Below the pieces are notes generated by a model. The model saw only the letters and a list, made by a program, of their open reading frames with translations. It did not search any database and was not told the DNA's origin. Source: Dehalococcoidia bacterium (lineage in GTDB: Bacteria; Chloroflexota; Dehalococcoidia; Lucifugimonadales; UBA3495). From it: DNA of 64,000 nucleotides. This document shows, piece after piece, positions 28,693 through 38,733 of the stretch. The stretch is from positions 18,908-82,907 of the forward strand of contig JASLXV010000023.1 of assembly GCA_030740155.1 (NCBI GenBank), written 5' to 3'. A program made the translations under genes and the position numbers. Numbering within the stretch: the first letter of the stretch is position 1; every line of letters starts with the position of its first letter.

Positions 28693-31104
28693 ATGGCCGA
28701 TCAAGCGCTGGCCGGCGTACGAGTGCTGGACCTTACCCAGGGCGTGGCGGGTCCTTTCTGTACCCGGCTGCTGGCCGACTACGGGGCCGAAGTGGTGAAG
28801 GTGGAGGCCCCCGGCGAGGGCGACAAGACCCGTCACCTGGGCCCTTTTCCCGGAGATATCCCGAACCGGGAAAAAAGCGGCTCCTTCTGGTACCTGAACT
28901 TCAACAAGAAAGGCATCACCCTGGACCTCGAGGACCCGGAGGACGTTCAGAGCTTGAGGTGCCTGGCCGGCGAGGTGGACCTGCTGGTCGAGAGCTTCCG
29001 GCCCGGGGTCCTGGCCCGGTTTGGGCTGGACCTTGGGGGGCTGCAGAAGGCGAACCCGGGCCTGGTGGTGACCTCCATCACCGACTTCGGCCAGACCGGA
29101 CCCTACCGCGACTACCGGGCCTGCCAGCTGGTACTCAGCGCCCTGGGAGGGCTGCTCTGCAACAACGGGTACCCGGAGCGGCCCCCGGTGCAAACCGCCG
29201 GCTGGCTCTGCGACTACGTGGTGGGCACATTGGCAACCGCGGGAGCCCTGGCCGCCCTCTACCATCGGAACCGGGGCGGACAGGGGCAACACGTGGACAT
29301 TTCCGCGATGGACTGCATCGCCGCCATAGTGGGGCGGCAGGTCACGGAGCTTTCCCTCACCGGCCAGCAGGAGGGCCGGCGCGGCTCTGGCTTCCAGCTC
29401 ATCCCCTGCCCCGACGGTTACATTGGCGTCAACATCCTGAACTTCCGCCACTGGGAGAATTTTTGCCGGATTATCGGGGCCCCCGACCTGGCTCAGGACC
29501 CCCGCTTCGAGATCAGCCTGGGACGCCAGCGCCACGCCAAGGAGTTGCACCAGCGGATCTTCCAGGCCCTGGAAGGCCGCACGCGGGCGGAGCTTTTCGC
29601 CCAGGGACAGGACCAGGGTGTCCCCATGGGGCTGGTGGCCACTCCCGAAGAGATCCTGGATTTCCCTCAGCATAAGGAGCGTGGCTTCTTCGTGAAGATG
29701 GCGCAGCCCGGAGCAGACAGCCTGCTGGTCCCTGGGGCCCCATTCCGGCCCTCGGCCACGCCGTGGAGGATGTCGTGTCTCGCTCCCACCCTGGGCCAAC
29801 ACAATGGGGACCTCCGGGATAGCAGCCTGTTCTCTCCCCGGCGAGGCCCTGCGGCGGCCCCGGCGCCTCCGGGCCGGCTGCCCCTCGAAGGCATCCGTAT
29901 CCTGGACTGCACCCACTGGGTGGCGGGTCCCTCGGCCACCCAGTACCTGGCCGCGCTGGGGGCCGAGGTGATCAAGGTGGAGTCGGTGCAGCACTTCGAC
30001 GGGGCGCGAACCTCCGTGTACCAGATGGAGGGGATGGCCTACGAACAGTCGGCCAGCTACATCTTCCGCAACCGTAACAAGAAGGGGATAACCCTGAACC
30101 TCGCGGACCCCAGCGGACAGGAGCTCTTCCGGGGGCTGGTGCGGGAGTGCGACGTGGTGACCGAGAACTACACCCCGAACGTGATGCCCCGCTTCGGCTT
30201 GAGCTATCAGGACCTGAGGCCCCAGAACCCCACGATGGTGATGCTATCCATGTCCGGATACGGCGCCAGCGGGCCTTGGAGCCGCTACCCGGCGTTCGCC
30301 AGCACCTTTGCCCAGATGTCCGGAATCTACCATCTGTCCGGCTATCCGGATTACCTGCCGACACCCCTCGGTGGAGGTGGCGTGGACCCCATCAACGGGA
30401 TCATGGGCACGGTGGCCGTGCTGGTGGGCCTGCTCCACCGGCAGCGTACCGGCCAGGGGCAGCACGTGGACTTTAGCCAGCTCGAGGCCATCACCACCAT
30501 GCTGGGAGACTCGTTCCTGGACGTGGGGCTCAATGGACGGGTGCCGATGCGGCAGGGAAACCGCCACCCCAGGGCGGCCCCCTACGGGTGCTACCCCTGC
30601 CAGGGCGAGGACTCCTGGGTCACCATTGCCGTGTTCACCGACGACGAGTGGCGGCAGCTTTGTCGCGTCATGGGAACGCGCGAGCTGGCGGGCCAGGAGC
30701 GGTTTGCCAGCCTGGAAGCGCGGCTGGCCCATCAGGACGAGCTTGACGAGCTGGTAGGCAAGTGGACGGCGGAGCGCGAAGGCTACGAGGTCACGCGAGT
30801 GCTCCAGGAAGTTGGCGTAGCATCCGGCCCCGTTCTGCCGCCCGCGTTGCTTCCGAAAGACCCGCACCTGGAGGCAGGAGGATTGTTCGAGGAAGTGGAG
30901 CGGGCCTGGGTGGGCAAACTTCCCTACACCAAAGTTCCCATCCGCTTCTCCGCAACGCCCCTCGGCCCGTCGGCCCCCGCGCCATGCCTGGGAGAGCACA
31001 ACGGCCCGGTGCTGGGGAGCCTGGTGGGGTTGGAGGAGGGAGAGCTTCAGGACCTGGAAGCGCGCCAGATTATCGGCACCGAACCCCTGACGGTGCGGGT
31101 CTGA
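28693..31104 (+). CDS. Tandem-fused family III CoA-transferase (two CaiB/BaiF domains)
   Basis: VLDLTQGVAGP...NFNKKG and ILDCTHWVAGP...NRNKKG; catalytic-position Asp in both halves. Confidence 0.92.
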   Translation: MADQALAGVRVLDLTQGVAGPFCTRLLADYGAEVVKVEAPGEGDKTRHLGPFPGDIPNREKSGSFWYLNFNKKGITLDLEDPEDVQSLRCLAGEVDLLVESFRPGVLARFGLDLGGLQKANPGLVVTSITDFGQTGPYRDYRACQLVLSALGGLLCNNGYPERPPVQTAGWLCDYVVGTLATAGALAALYHRNRGGQGQHVDISAMDCIAAIVGRQVTELSLTGQQEGRRGSGFQLIPCPDGYIGVNILNFRHWENFCRIIGAPDLAQDPRFEISLGRQRHAKELHQRIFQALEGRTRAELFAQGQDQGVPMGLVATPEEILDFPQHKERGFFVKMAQPGADSLLVPGAPFRPSATPWRMSCLAPTLGQHNGDLRDSSLFSPRRGPAAAPAPPGRLPLEGIRILDCTHWVAGPSATQYLAALGAEVIKVESVQHFDGARTSVYQMEGMAYEQSASYIFRNRNKKGITLNLADPSGQELFRGLVRECDVVTENYTPNVMPRFGLSYQDLRPQNPTMVMLSMSGYGASGPWSRYPAFASTFAQMSGIYHLSGYPDYLPTPLGGGGVDPINGIMGTVAVLVGLLHRQRTGQGQHVDFSQLEAITTMLGDSFLDVGLNGRVPMRQGNRHPRAAPYGCYPCQGEDSWVTIAVFTDDEWRQLCRVMGTRELAGQERFASLEARLAHQDELDELVGKWTAEREGYEVTRVLQEVGVASGPVLPPALLPKDPHLEAGGLFEEVERAWVGKLPYTKVPIRFSATPLGPSAPAPCLGEHNGPVLGSLVGLEEGELQDLEARQIIGTEPLTVRV

Positions 31105-31599
31105 GCGCCGGCGAGGATTGCGAGGAAATCCCCCTCGGTCCCCTTTTGCAAAGGGGGATGCACGGTGGCCCTGGTCTCATGGGCCTCACGTTGGCAAGGA
31201 TTGCGAGGAGGCCCTCCACGGTCCCCCTTTGTTAAAGGGGGATACAGGGGGATTTGGCCCCAACCAAGTTCCAGAACAAGTATAACTGTCCATTCAAAAG
31301 CCGGTGATTCACGAACTGCGAATGGGTCTGCATCCATGTCGCCAGTATCAGTCGTGGCTTGGCCTGGCGGCTTCCCTGACCCGCGATAACACTGTTCGGG
31401 GCAAAGGCACGCGGGACTCCCCCATCGATACTCGGTGAGCGAGGCGGTTCTGGACAAATCTTCCCAGTTGACGCTACTATTCCTCCATCACTGTCCTGAT
31501 GATGGATCCTACCCAGTTTACCGGGCTGAACGCCTGCTTTCCGGGAAGATGTTCGCGGGCGAAGCGACGGTGGTGCAACCAAGATAAGGGGGGAGTCGT

Positions 31600-32970
31600 A
31601 TGGATAAGCTCCAGGAACGGTTGGCCACTTATGCCTGCGCTCTGAACTACGAGGACCTGCCTCCGGCGGTCATTCACGCCGCCAAGGTGAGGGTGATCGA
31701 CACCATGGGCGCCCTGGTTGGGGGCTTCTCCGGAGAACCGTGCCGGATCGTACGGGCCATGGCTGCTCTTTCGTCCAGCCCCATGGCGGCCACCGTCCTG
31801 GGCACTCGGGAGACGAGTTCTCCTGAGATGGCGGCTTTCGCCAACGCCGCCACGGCCCGGTATATGGAATCCAACGACGTGTATCACTGGCCGGGGAGTG
31901 GCGGAGGGCACCCCAGCGATACCCTCACTCCGGTCCTGGCGGTGGCCGAGCCGACCCACGCCAGCGGGCGGGAGTTCATCAACGCCATCGTGTTGGCCTA
32001 CGAGATCTACCTGCGGGTTGGCGATGCCACCCGGACTCCGGGCTGGGACGCCGCCACCAGAGTGGTCTTGGCCGTCGCGATCGCGGCGGGGAAGATTCTG
32101 GGCCTTTCCCAGGAGCAGATGGCTCATTGCATCTCCCTGGCAGTCGTGCCCAACAACGCCCTCGGGCAGACGCGCAGCGGCCGTCTCTCCATGTGGAAAG
32201 CGGTGGCCGCGGGCCAGGCGGGAAAGGCGGGGGTGTTCGCCGCGCTGCTGGCCCGTCAAGGGATGGAAGGGCCGAACCTCCCGTTCGAGGGAGCGGCTGG
32301 GTGGTTCCGCAAGGTGTCCGGGGAGGCCTTTGCCCTGGAGAGCATGGGCGGCCGTGGCGCCCCTTTCAAGATATTGGACACTATTATCAAGGCCAGGGCT
32401 TCCTGCGGGTCTACCATCTCGTCGATTATGGCGGCTGAAAGAGCGCACGCCAGCCTGAAAAGCACCAGGGACGTGGAACGGGTCATCGTGGAGGTCTACG
32501 AGCCGGCCAAGCGAGGCATGGGCACCGATGAGGTGAACTGGCGCCCCGAGACCCGGGAGACGGCGGACCACAGCATACCCTACGTGGTGGCGGCGGCCTT
32601 GCTGGACGGCACCGTGGGGCCCCGCCAGTTCACGATGGAGCGCATCCGGGACCCGGAGCTAATGGCCCTGCTGCAGAAGGTGGAGGTGGTGAGCAACCCT
32701 GAGTTCACCAAAGCCTACGAGAGCGTTCCCGTGGGCCACTCCACTCGGGTGGAGGTGGTGACCACGAGCGGTCAGCGGCACGTGGGCGAGGTGAACAGCA
32801 TCAAGGGAGACACCAGAGACCCCATGAGCGATGGGGAGATCGAGGACAAGTTCCGCATCAACACCCTGGGCATCCTGAGCGATGAGCGGGTCCGCTCCAT
32901 CCTGGACCGCCTGTGGCAGTTGGAAGAGATGGAGAATGTAGCCGAGATACCGCCGGCTTTGGTTCTGTAG
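31600..32970 (+). CDS. MmgE/PrpD family protein (2-methylcitrate dehydratase-like)
   Basis: GHPSD, LSMWK and RETADHSIPY motifs. Confidence 0.9.
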   Translation: MDKLQERLATYACALNYEDLPPAVIHAAKVRVIDTMGALVGGFSGEPCRIVRAMAALSSSPMAATVLGTRETSSPEMAAFANAATARYMESNDVYHWPGSGGGHPSDTLTPVLAVAEPTHASGREFINAIVLAYEIYLRVGDATRTPGWDAATRVVLAVAIAAGKILGLSQEQMAHCISLAVVPNNALGQTRSGRLSMWKAVAAGQAGKAGVFAALLARQGMEGPNLPFEGAAGWFRKVSGEAFALESMGGRGAPFKILDTIIKARASCGSTISSIMAAERAHASLKSTRDVERVIVEVYEPAKRGMGTDEVNWRPETRETADHSIPYVVAAALLDGTVGPRQFTMERIRDPELMALLQKVEVVSNPEFTKAYESVPVGHSTRVEVVTTSGQRHVGEVNSIKGDTRDPMSDGEIEDKFRINTLGILSDERVRSILDRLWQLEEMENVAEIPPALVL

Positions 32971-33064
32971 CCTCTGACGCCGCGGGTCCGAACGGGGCCT
33001 GGCCGGGCATCGGCAGAGAGGAGCCGGCAGGAAGCCGGAACGCAACGAAATGAGAGGAGGCACC

Positions 33065-33850
33065 ATGGAATACGAGAACATTCTGTACGAGAAGCGGGAC
33101 CACGTGGGCATCGTCACCCTGAACCGTCCCCGGAACATGAACGCCCTGGCGCCGGGGATGCACGAGGAGATCAAGGACGTGCTGGGGGTGATGCAGGAAG
33201 ACGATGACGTGCTGTGCACCATCCTGACTGGAGCCGGAGACCGGTCGTTCTGCGCCGGGGCCTTCGTGAAGAGTGATAAGACGCACCACGCGGATGGCCC
33301 GGCGGACTATCTGGTCCGGCGGGGCCGCAGCCCTCTGGAGGCGCTGGACAAATACCCCAAGGTTGTCATCGCGGCGGTCAACGGTTATGCCATCGGCGCC
33401 GGGCTGAACCTGGTGGTCTTGTCCGACCTGGTGATCGCCTCAGAGAACGCCAGCTTCGGCTTCCCAATGACCAGGCTCGGCATTATTCCCGCCTACGCCG
33501 GCTCGGCGCGCCTGGCCCAGTGGGTGGGCAAAGGCAAGGCCATGGAGATGGCCATAATGTCTCGCCGGATCGACGCCCAGGAGGCGTACCGGGTGGGCTT
33601 GGCCAACAAGGTGGTGCCCGCGGAGGGCCTGATGGCCGAGGCCATGGTCTGGGCGAGGGAGATCACCGAGTTGGCTCCCATCTCGGTGCGGCTGACCAAG
33701 GAGGATATCAAGCAGGGCATGGACACCGGCCCGGACAGCGCCTGCGACGCCAACTTTTTCCGCTTCATGGCCACCGTGCTCAGCGAGGACCGGGTCGAGG
33801 GCCACGCGGCCTGGCGCGAAAGGCGGACGCCGGAGTTCAAGGGCCGCTGA
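33065..33850 (+). CDS. Enoyl-CoA hydratase/isomerase family
   Basis: LNRP..MNAL, SFCAGA and NGYAIGAG motifs; GAGGAGG RBS. Confidence 0.9.
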   Translation: MEYENILYEKRDHVGIVTLNRPRNMNALAPGMHEEIKDVLGVMQEDDDVLCTILTGAGDRSFCAGAFVKSDKTHHADGPADYLVRRGRSPLEALDKYPKVVIAAVNGYAIGAGLNLVVLSDLVIASENASFGFPMTRLGIIPAYAGSARLAQWVGKGKAMEMAIMSRRIDAQEAYRVGLANKVVPAEGLMAEAMVWAREITELAPISVRLTKEDIKQGMDTGPDSACDANFFRFMATVLSEDRVEGHAAWRERRTPEFKGR

Positions 33851-34059
33851 CCGGCATACGAGCCTGGCTGATTGCGACCGCTGGGCGGTTGGTGTTCCAG
33901 CCAGCTGAGGTGTTGCCGTCCGGAGAAACGGTGGCCGGTGTGCCGGAACGGACCTGCCGGGTTCGTCCGGCACCTGGCCGGCCCAACCTGGAGTCCGGTA
34001 TTGGTAACGGCTGAGGAGCTACCCTGGGGGGAGTGAATTGGTCAGGGGTTCCCTCTAGA

Positions 34060-34188
34060 CTGTCATTCCGAGGAGCAAAGCGACGAGGAATCTGGTGCCG
34101 GGCTCCCCATTTGAAACCTGGACCCACCGCCCCAGACCCCTCGCTTCACTCGGGGTGACATTGTCCAGAGTACTTTTGGGGCAAGGCC
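34060..34188. repeat. REP/MITE-like repeat family A
   Basis: Near-identical to 4439-4566. Confidence 0.85.
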
Positions 34189-34351
34189 ATTGGTCAGGGA
34201 CAGGCGATTGTTCGAGGTTACGCCGGGATTGGGAGGAGAGGTTGTTACCCCATGATAGTGGGGCAATTCCGCGAACCAGATGGCAGTGGACGCACTCGGG
34301 ATACCGGTATGCGGTTCACGGCGTCCTAGGGCGGGGTCGCGGAAATCGAGG

Positions 34352-34738
34352 TTAGGAGTTCCAGCCCAATACGGTTGCCACTTCGTCAGGCAATTCGATG
34401 ACATCGAAAGGTTTGGGGATGAGCCAGGTGGCCCCCAATTCCCCATAAATCCGCCGGTCTTTTTCGCCGGACAAAGCGGTCATCATGATTACCGGAATGT
34501 GCCGCGTAGCTTCGTCGTGCTGGAGTTCTTGAAGGGCCGTGACACCGTCCATCTCGGGCATTGAAACATCCAGTAGGATTACGTCCGGTTGCTCTTCTTT
34601 GGCGGCCGCGAAGCCGGCAATACCGGTGTCGGCCTGTAAGACTTTCCAGCCTTTTGTAGATTCGATTCCGATCTGAATGCAATCTCTAATGATGGCCTCA
34701 TCGTCGACTACCAAGACAGTCTTATCAGGTATTGACAC
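34352..34738 (-). CDS. Stand-alone response regulator receiver domain
   Basis: LVVDDE, LLDVSMPEMDG, MTA and KPF motifs. Confidence 0.9.
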   Translation of the reverse strand: MSIPDKTVLVVDDEAIIRDCIQIGIESTKGWKVLQADTGIAGFAAAKEEQPDVILLDVSMPEMDGVTALQELQHDEATRHIPVIMMTALSGEKDRRIYGELGATWLIPKPFDVIELPDEVATVLGWNS

Positions 34739-35387
34739 TATTCACCCCTAATCTTGATATGCGTCATTGCCATCCACTATTCGGATTACGACCTCGAACG
34801 CTCAGTGAACGGATTGACGGGGTCTTCCAACTCTCCCTGCTTTTTTGGCGCCTTTCCCGACTTGACATAAACATAAACCTTGATCCCGTGGCATTGTCAA
34901 CGCTTCACAGGCCGAGCTAATGGCATCTTTTGGGTCGCTCCGCCCTAGTGGAAAAGCCGGACTCGATTCGTACCCCAAATCCTGACAGGCACCAGCTTCC
35001 ATCTCTCTAGCCACTCCGGGAGACCTCCCCACCAGCGGTCCGGGAAGCAACTCCGCCTCGCCGTTGCCGCATATGTGCGAAACTTGAGAACCCCCCCTCC
35101 GCCTGCCCGAATTTAGCGCGTCGCCATCAATTCAGCTTCAAATGACTCGTAGACCTGATCCAAATTGAAATGCAGCCGGGCGGTTGCCTATTTCGAGACA
35201 GGTGGATACACGGAGAACAGGCTGGGGCTTTCCGGCTTTTCGGCTAGAGGGGGCCGTGGGTGGCCACTCGACGCGGTGGGCTAAGAGCAGGGCCCCGGCA
35301 GGAGCGACTCAGCTTGCGGCTCCCCGCGCCCTGCGGCTAGGCTTAGGGTGAACGGATGGTCATAAGGGCAATTTTCGATATTTGGCG

Positions 35388-36116
35388 TTAGATACCCGCA
35401 CCGCGAGTAAACTCAGCCAACAGGGCTTCTTCACGCTCTGGGCGGTGGTTCGTTGCCGTTGCCTTTTGCACCACCCCAAGCTTCTCCTCGAGTTGACCTA
35501 CTCGGTCCTGAAGTCTTTCGTGGCTGCGCAGTACCAGCGTGATAGCCTCCGCAACCGGATCCGGAAGGTCTGCATGGTCAAGAACGGCCATCGGGTGTGG
35601 TTTCTCTTGGACCACTTTGCCGGGGACGCCGACGACCGTCGCGAACGGAGGAACGGTTTTCACGACAACAGAGCCGGCGCCGACCTTCGCGCCATCACCC
35701 AAAACCACTGGGCCAAGGACAGCGGATCCACCTCCCATCACAACATTGCTGCCCACGGTTGGGTGACGCTTACCCTTATCCAGCGAAGTCCCCCCCAGCA
35801 CGACTCCCTGGTACATCAAGACATCGTCGGCAATCTCCGCGGTTTCTCCGATCACGACTCCGGAGCCATGGTCGATAAAGAACCGCCGGCCGATCGTGGC
35901 CCCCGGATGTATTTCAATCCCGGTTAGAAACCGGCCGATGTGGGAAAGCAAACGGGCAAGGAAATAGATCTTGTGCCGCCACAGGTAATTCGAGACTCGG
36001 TATATCCACACCGCGTGGAGACCCGGATAGCAGAAGACTATCTCGAGTCTGGTCCGCGCGGCTGGGTCCATCTTGAAGACAGTTGCTATATCTTCTCTCA
36101 GTCTTCCAAACATCAC
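35388..36116 (-). CDS. cysE: Serine O-acetyltransferase
   Basis: [29 protein letters not shown] and DLPDP motifs. Confidence 0.95.
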   Translation of the reverse strand: MMFGRLREDIATVFKMDPAARTRLEIVFCYPGLHAVWIYRVSNYLWRHKIYFLARLLSHIGRFLTGIEIHPGATIGRRFFIDHGSGVVIGETAEIADDVLMYQGVVLGGTSLDKGKRHPTVGSNVVMGGGSAVLGPVVLGDGAKVGAGSVVVKTVPPFATVVGVPGKVVQEKPHPMAVLDHADLPDPVAEAITLVLRSHERLQDRVGQLEEKLGVVQKATATNHRPEREEALLAEFTRGAGI

Positions 36117-36184
36117 AGGCCTGTCCTAATTGTGGTTTTACTGCTCCGGCGAAGCTTCAGACTTTATTGAGAACCAGGTTTGGA

Positions 36185-37105
36185 TTACGCGAAGAGTCCC
36201 GTGGATAGATATCGCTCCCCGGTATCGGGTGCGATCACCACGATAAGCTTGCCGGCGTTCTCCGGTCTCTTGGCAACCTGTATGGCAGACCAGACCGCGG
36301 CGCCTGAAGATATGCCTGCCAATATCCCTTCTTCTCTGGCAAGCCGCTTGGCCGTCGCCGCGGCATCTTCGTTAGATACCTGGATGATCTCGTCAATCAG
36401 GTCCGTACGGAGGACCTGCGGAACAAACCCGGCTCCTATTCCCTGTATCTTGTGGGGCCCGGGACTTCCACCGGAAAGGACCGGCGAAGCCACAGGCTCG
36501 ACTGCAATAGCTTTGAAACTTGGTTTTCGCGGTTTGATTACTTCGGCAACTCCGGTTATCGTCCCGCCGGTACCCACTCCCGACACTAGGATATCCACCT
36601 GGCCATCGGTGTCGTTCCAAATCTCCTCGGCAGTGGTGAGCCGGTGAACCTCGGGGTTCGCCGGATTCATGAACTGTTGTGGCATGAAGGCGTTCGGGTC
36701 TTCTTTCACTATCTGCTCAGCCTTGCCGATGGCCCCTTTCATTCCCTCACTTCCCGGAGTCAGAACCAACTCGCAGCCAAAAGCAGCCAGGAGTTGCCGC
36801 CTTTCCTCCGTCATCGTCTCCGGCATGGTTAGAAGCAACCGGTACCCCTTGGAGGCACAGACCAGGGCCAATCCAATCCCAGTATTGCCGCTTGTCGGTT
36901 CAACAATGACGGTGTTTGGCCCGATCAGACCGGCTTTTTCCGCCGCCGCGATCATCGACAGGCCGATTCTATCTTTGACGCTGCTGCAAGGATTGAACGA
37001 TTCAAGCTTGGCCGCCACGGTGGCCGCTGCTCCGTCCAAGATGCGGTTCAATTTTACCAACGGCGTCCCACCGATCAGGCCAGTAATATCATCAGCTATT
37101 CTCAC
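36185..37105 (-). CDS. cysK: Cysteine synthase A
   Basis: [32 protein letters not shown] and GERYLST motifs; GAGGAGG RBS. Confidence 0.97.
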   Translation of the reverse strand: MRIADDITGLIGGTPLVKLNRILDGAAATVAAKLESFNPCSSVKDRIGLSMIAAAEKAGLIGPNTVIVEPTSGNTGIGLALVCASKGYRLLLTMPETMTEERRQLLAAFGCELVLTPGSEGMKGAIGKAEQIVKEDPNAFMPQQFMNPANPEVHRLTTAEEIWNDTDGQVDILVSGVGTGGTITGVAEVIKPRKPSFKAIAVEPVASPVLSGGSPGPHKIQGIGAGFVPQVLRTDLIDEIIQVSNEDAAATAKRLAREEGILAGISSGAAVWSAIQVAKRPENAGKLIVVIAPDTGERYLSTGLFA

Positions 37106-37136
37106 GGTTGTGCCTCCTCAAAATGATCATTACGCC

Positions 37137-37165
37137 AAAAACCCCCAGTGATTTCACTGAGGGTT
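37137..37165 (-). terminator. Intrinsic terminator (attenuator) upstream of cysK
   Basis: Minus strand AACCCTCAGTG-AAAT-CACTGGGGGTTTTT, ending about 30 nt before the cysK start. Confidence 0.85.
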
Positions 37166-37226
37166 CTGGTCTTTTCAGCCTGGTTTTCTTTGGACAATCA
37201 TTTACAGGCGAAAGACCTCACCCTCA
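37158..37226 (-). promoter_or_regulatory. Antiterminator hairpin overlapping the leader ORF and the terminator 5' arm
   Basis: TGAGGGT-ga-GGTCTTT (37226-37211) pairs with AAAGACC-aga-ACCCTCA (37174-37158). Confidence 0.75.
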
Positions 37227-37296
37227 AAATACAACAAGTGCAACAAGTACAACAGGTACAACAACAACCGGGGTTTCGGTCGACTTGGCTACACAT
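37198..37296 (-). CDS. Cys-rich leader peptide (32 aa, MCSQVDRNPGCCCTCCTCCTCCILRVRSFACK)
   Basis: ATG to TGA read by hand; AAGGA RBS 7 nt upstream; 11 Cys codons, 10 of them TGT. Confidence 0.85.
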   Translation of the reverse strand: MCSQVDRNPGCCCTCCTCCTCCILRVRSFACK

Positions 37297-37332
37297 CTCG
37301 GAATCCTTCGCGGTGATTGCCATGGCGGACAG

Positions 37333-37361
37333 AATATATCACATTCCATGACCATTGTGAA
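37333..37361 (-). promoter_or_regulatory. Sigma70 promoter TTCACA-17-TATATT (extended TG) of the cys leader
   Basis: Exact 17-nt spacer; -10 lies 36 nt before the leader ATG. Confidence 0.7.
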
Positions 37362-37515
37362 AGTATGGTGGGGGGGCGGACCAATTGTCCGAGGTGGACT
37401 CAGCCAGTCGGAAAAGATTGGGGCAATATCAGGCGACAGTCTCGCCTTTCCGCCACAGTCTACCGCTGCTCTTTGGGCGGGCCACTTCTGCTAGCGTCTT
37501 GATGCGCCGCCCCCC

Positions 37516-38727
37516 TCACACCCACGGCGTGCGCTTGGAGCGCTCTTTTTCCGAAGTGTAGGCGGGAAGTCCCTGGCGTTCCAGGACCTCGGTCAGCGTT
37601 TCCTTGAACAGCCGGCGGTCGGAGGCGCCGATCACGGCCTGCTCGTGGGCCTCGGAGATCGCCACCGGGTACCCCTGGCCCCGGCGGCACTGGTCCAGGA
37701 TCAGGCTGTGGCCCAGGGACAATAGCGTCTCGTCCAGCGCGACCCACCGGGGGACCTCCACCCTGGCTATCTCCTCGCCGCCGTGCAGGTAGTAGAAATA
37801 GACCTGCTGGGCCTCCCCGTAGTTCTCCCTGGGGACCGAGGAGTTGGTCCGGTAGATGGGGGAGCGCCACCCTGGGGGCAGCCGCCGCTGGAACAGGTCC
37901 CGGTCCAGGACGCCTCCGGCCAGGTCGCAAGGGGAGCGGACGGAGCGCCGGTTGCCGCAGGACTGGCGGCACACACCCAGGTCGTGGGGGCAGAGGCAGC
38001 ATCTGATGGCGTTGACCACCTCGGTGCTCCGGGGCAGGGAGACGTAGGCGGCCAGGGTGACCGGACGGCGCTCGGCCAGGTGCCGTAGCCGCTCCAGCGC
38101 CGGAATCAGCCGGTCGCGAATAATCGCCTCCCTCACGAAGGGCCGGTATCCCTGGCCGGACAGTCCCCAGAGCACCAGGGAGCCGTCGACCAACGCCAGG
38201 ACCGGCGTATCGGAGGGGCACTCGGCGACGACCTCGGCCAGTTGCTCCAGCTCCCGCACCGTCCGCACCAGGCCTAGAAGGGGGCCGGTTACGGCCTCTT
38301 CCTGGGCGGGATTTCCGGGGTCAACGAGGTAGAGTTCCGACGGGCCGGCCCCGAGTTGGGGATGGCTGAAGAAGCTGGCATCGGGACGTCCGCCGTAGGT
38401 CAGAACGCACCCGCCGAGGTTGATCAAGTGGCAGCTAACCGGAAGGTGCCGGTCAACGTCGATGTGGGAGCCGTCCACCGCCGTCACCGACCAGTCCGCC
38501 GGCGGTGGCGGCGGCGCGTAGCTGCCCACCAGGCGGTCTTCCACTTGGGCGGCCAGAAAAGGCCGGTCGGTGGAGGTGCGGGTGATCTCGGCGGCCTCGG
38601 CGGGGTCGACTCCCTGGGCCGCCTCCAGCAGGGCGGTCAGCCGGGCTTCCCGGTCCTCCCGGGACTGGCCCAAACCCTGGGCCACCCGGTCCAGTTGATG
38701 GAGGGTCTCACCCAGGTCCAGGGGCAT
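37516..38727 (-). CDS. NurA-domain nuclease
   Basis: AVDGSH, LVDGSL, RVEVP.W and GYP...EAHE.AVI motifs. Confidence 0.85.
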   Translation of the reverse strand: MPLDLGETLHQLDRVAQGLGQSREDREARLTALLEAAQGVDPAEAAEITRTSTDRPFLAAQVEDRLVGSYAPPPPPADWSVTAVDGSHIDVDRHLPVSCHLINLGGCVLTYGGRPDASFFSHPQLGAGPSELYLVDPGNPAQEEAVTGPLLGLVRTVRELEQLAEVVAECPSDTPVLALVDGSLVLWGLSGQGYRPFVREAIIRDRLIPALERLRHLAERRPVTLAAYVSLPRSTEVVNAIRCCLCPHDLGVCRQSCGNRRSVRSPCDLAGGVLDRDLFQRRLPPGWRSPIYRTNSSVPRENYGEAQQVYFYYLHGGEEIARVEVPRWVALDETLLSLGHSLILDQCRRGQGYPVAISEAHEQAVIGASDRRLFKETLTEVLERQGLPAYTSEKERSKRTPWV

Positions 38728-38733
38728 CGCGGT

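Noticed and set aside
37229-37270. Plus-strand readings of the ACA repeat (QQVQQVQQVQQQ or TTSATSTTGTTT ORFs in the track)
   Set aside because: These are antisense shadows of the minus-strand Cys codons; only the minus frame has a promoter, an RBS and the orientation of cysK.
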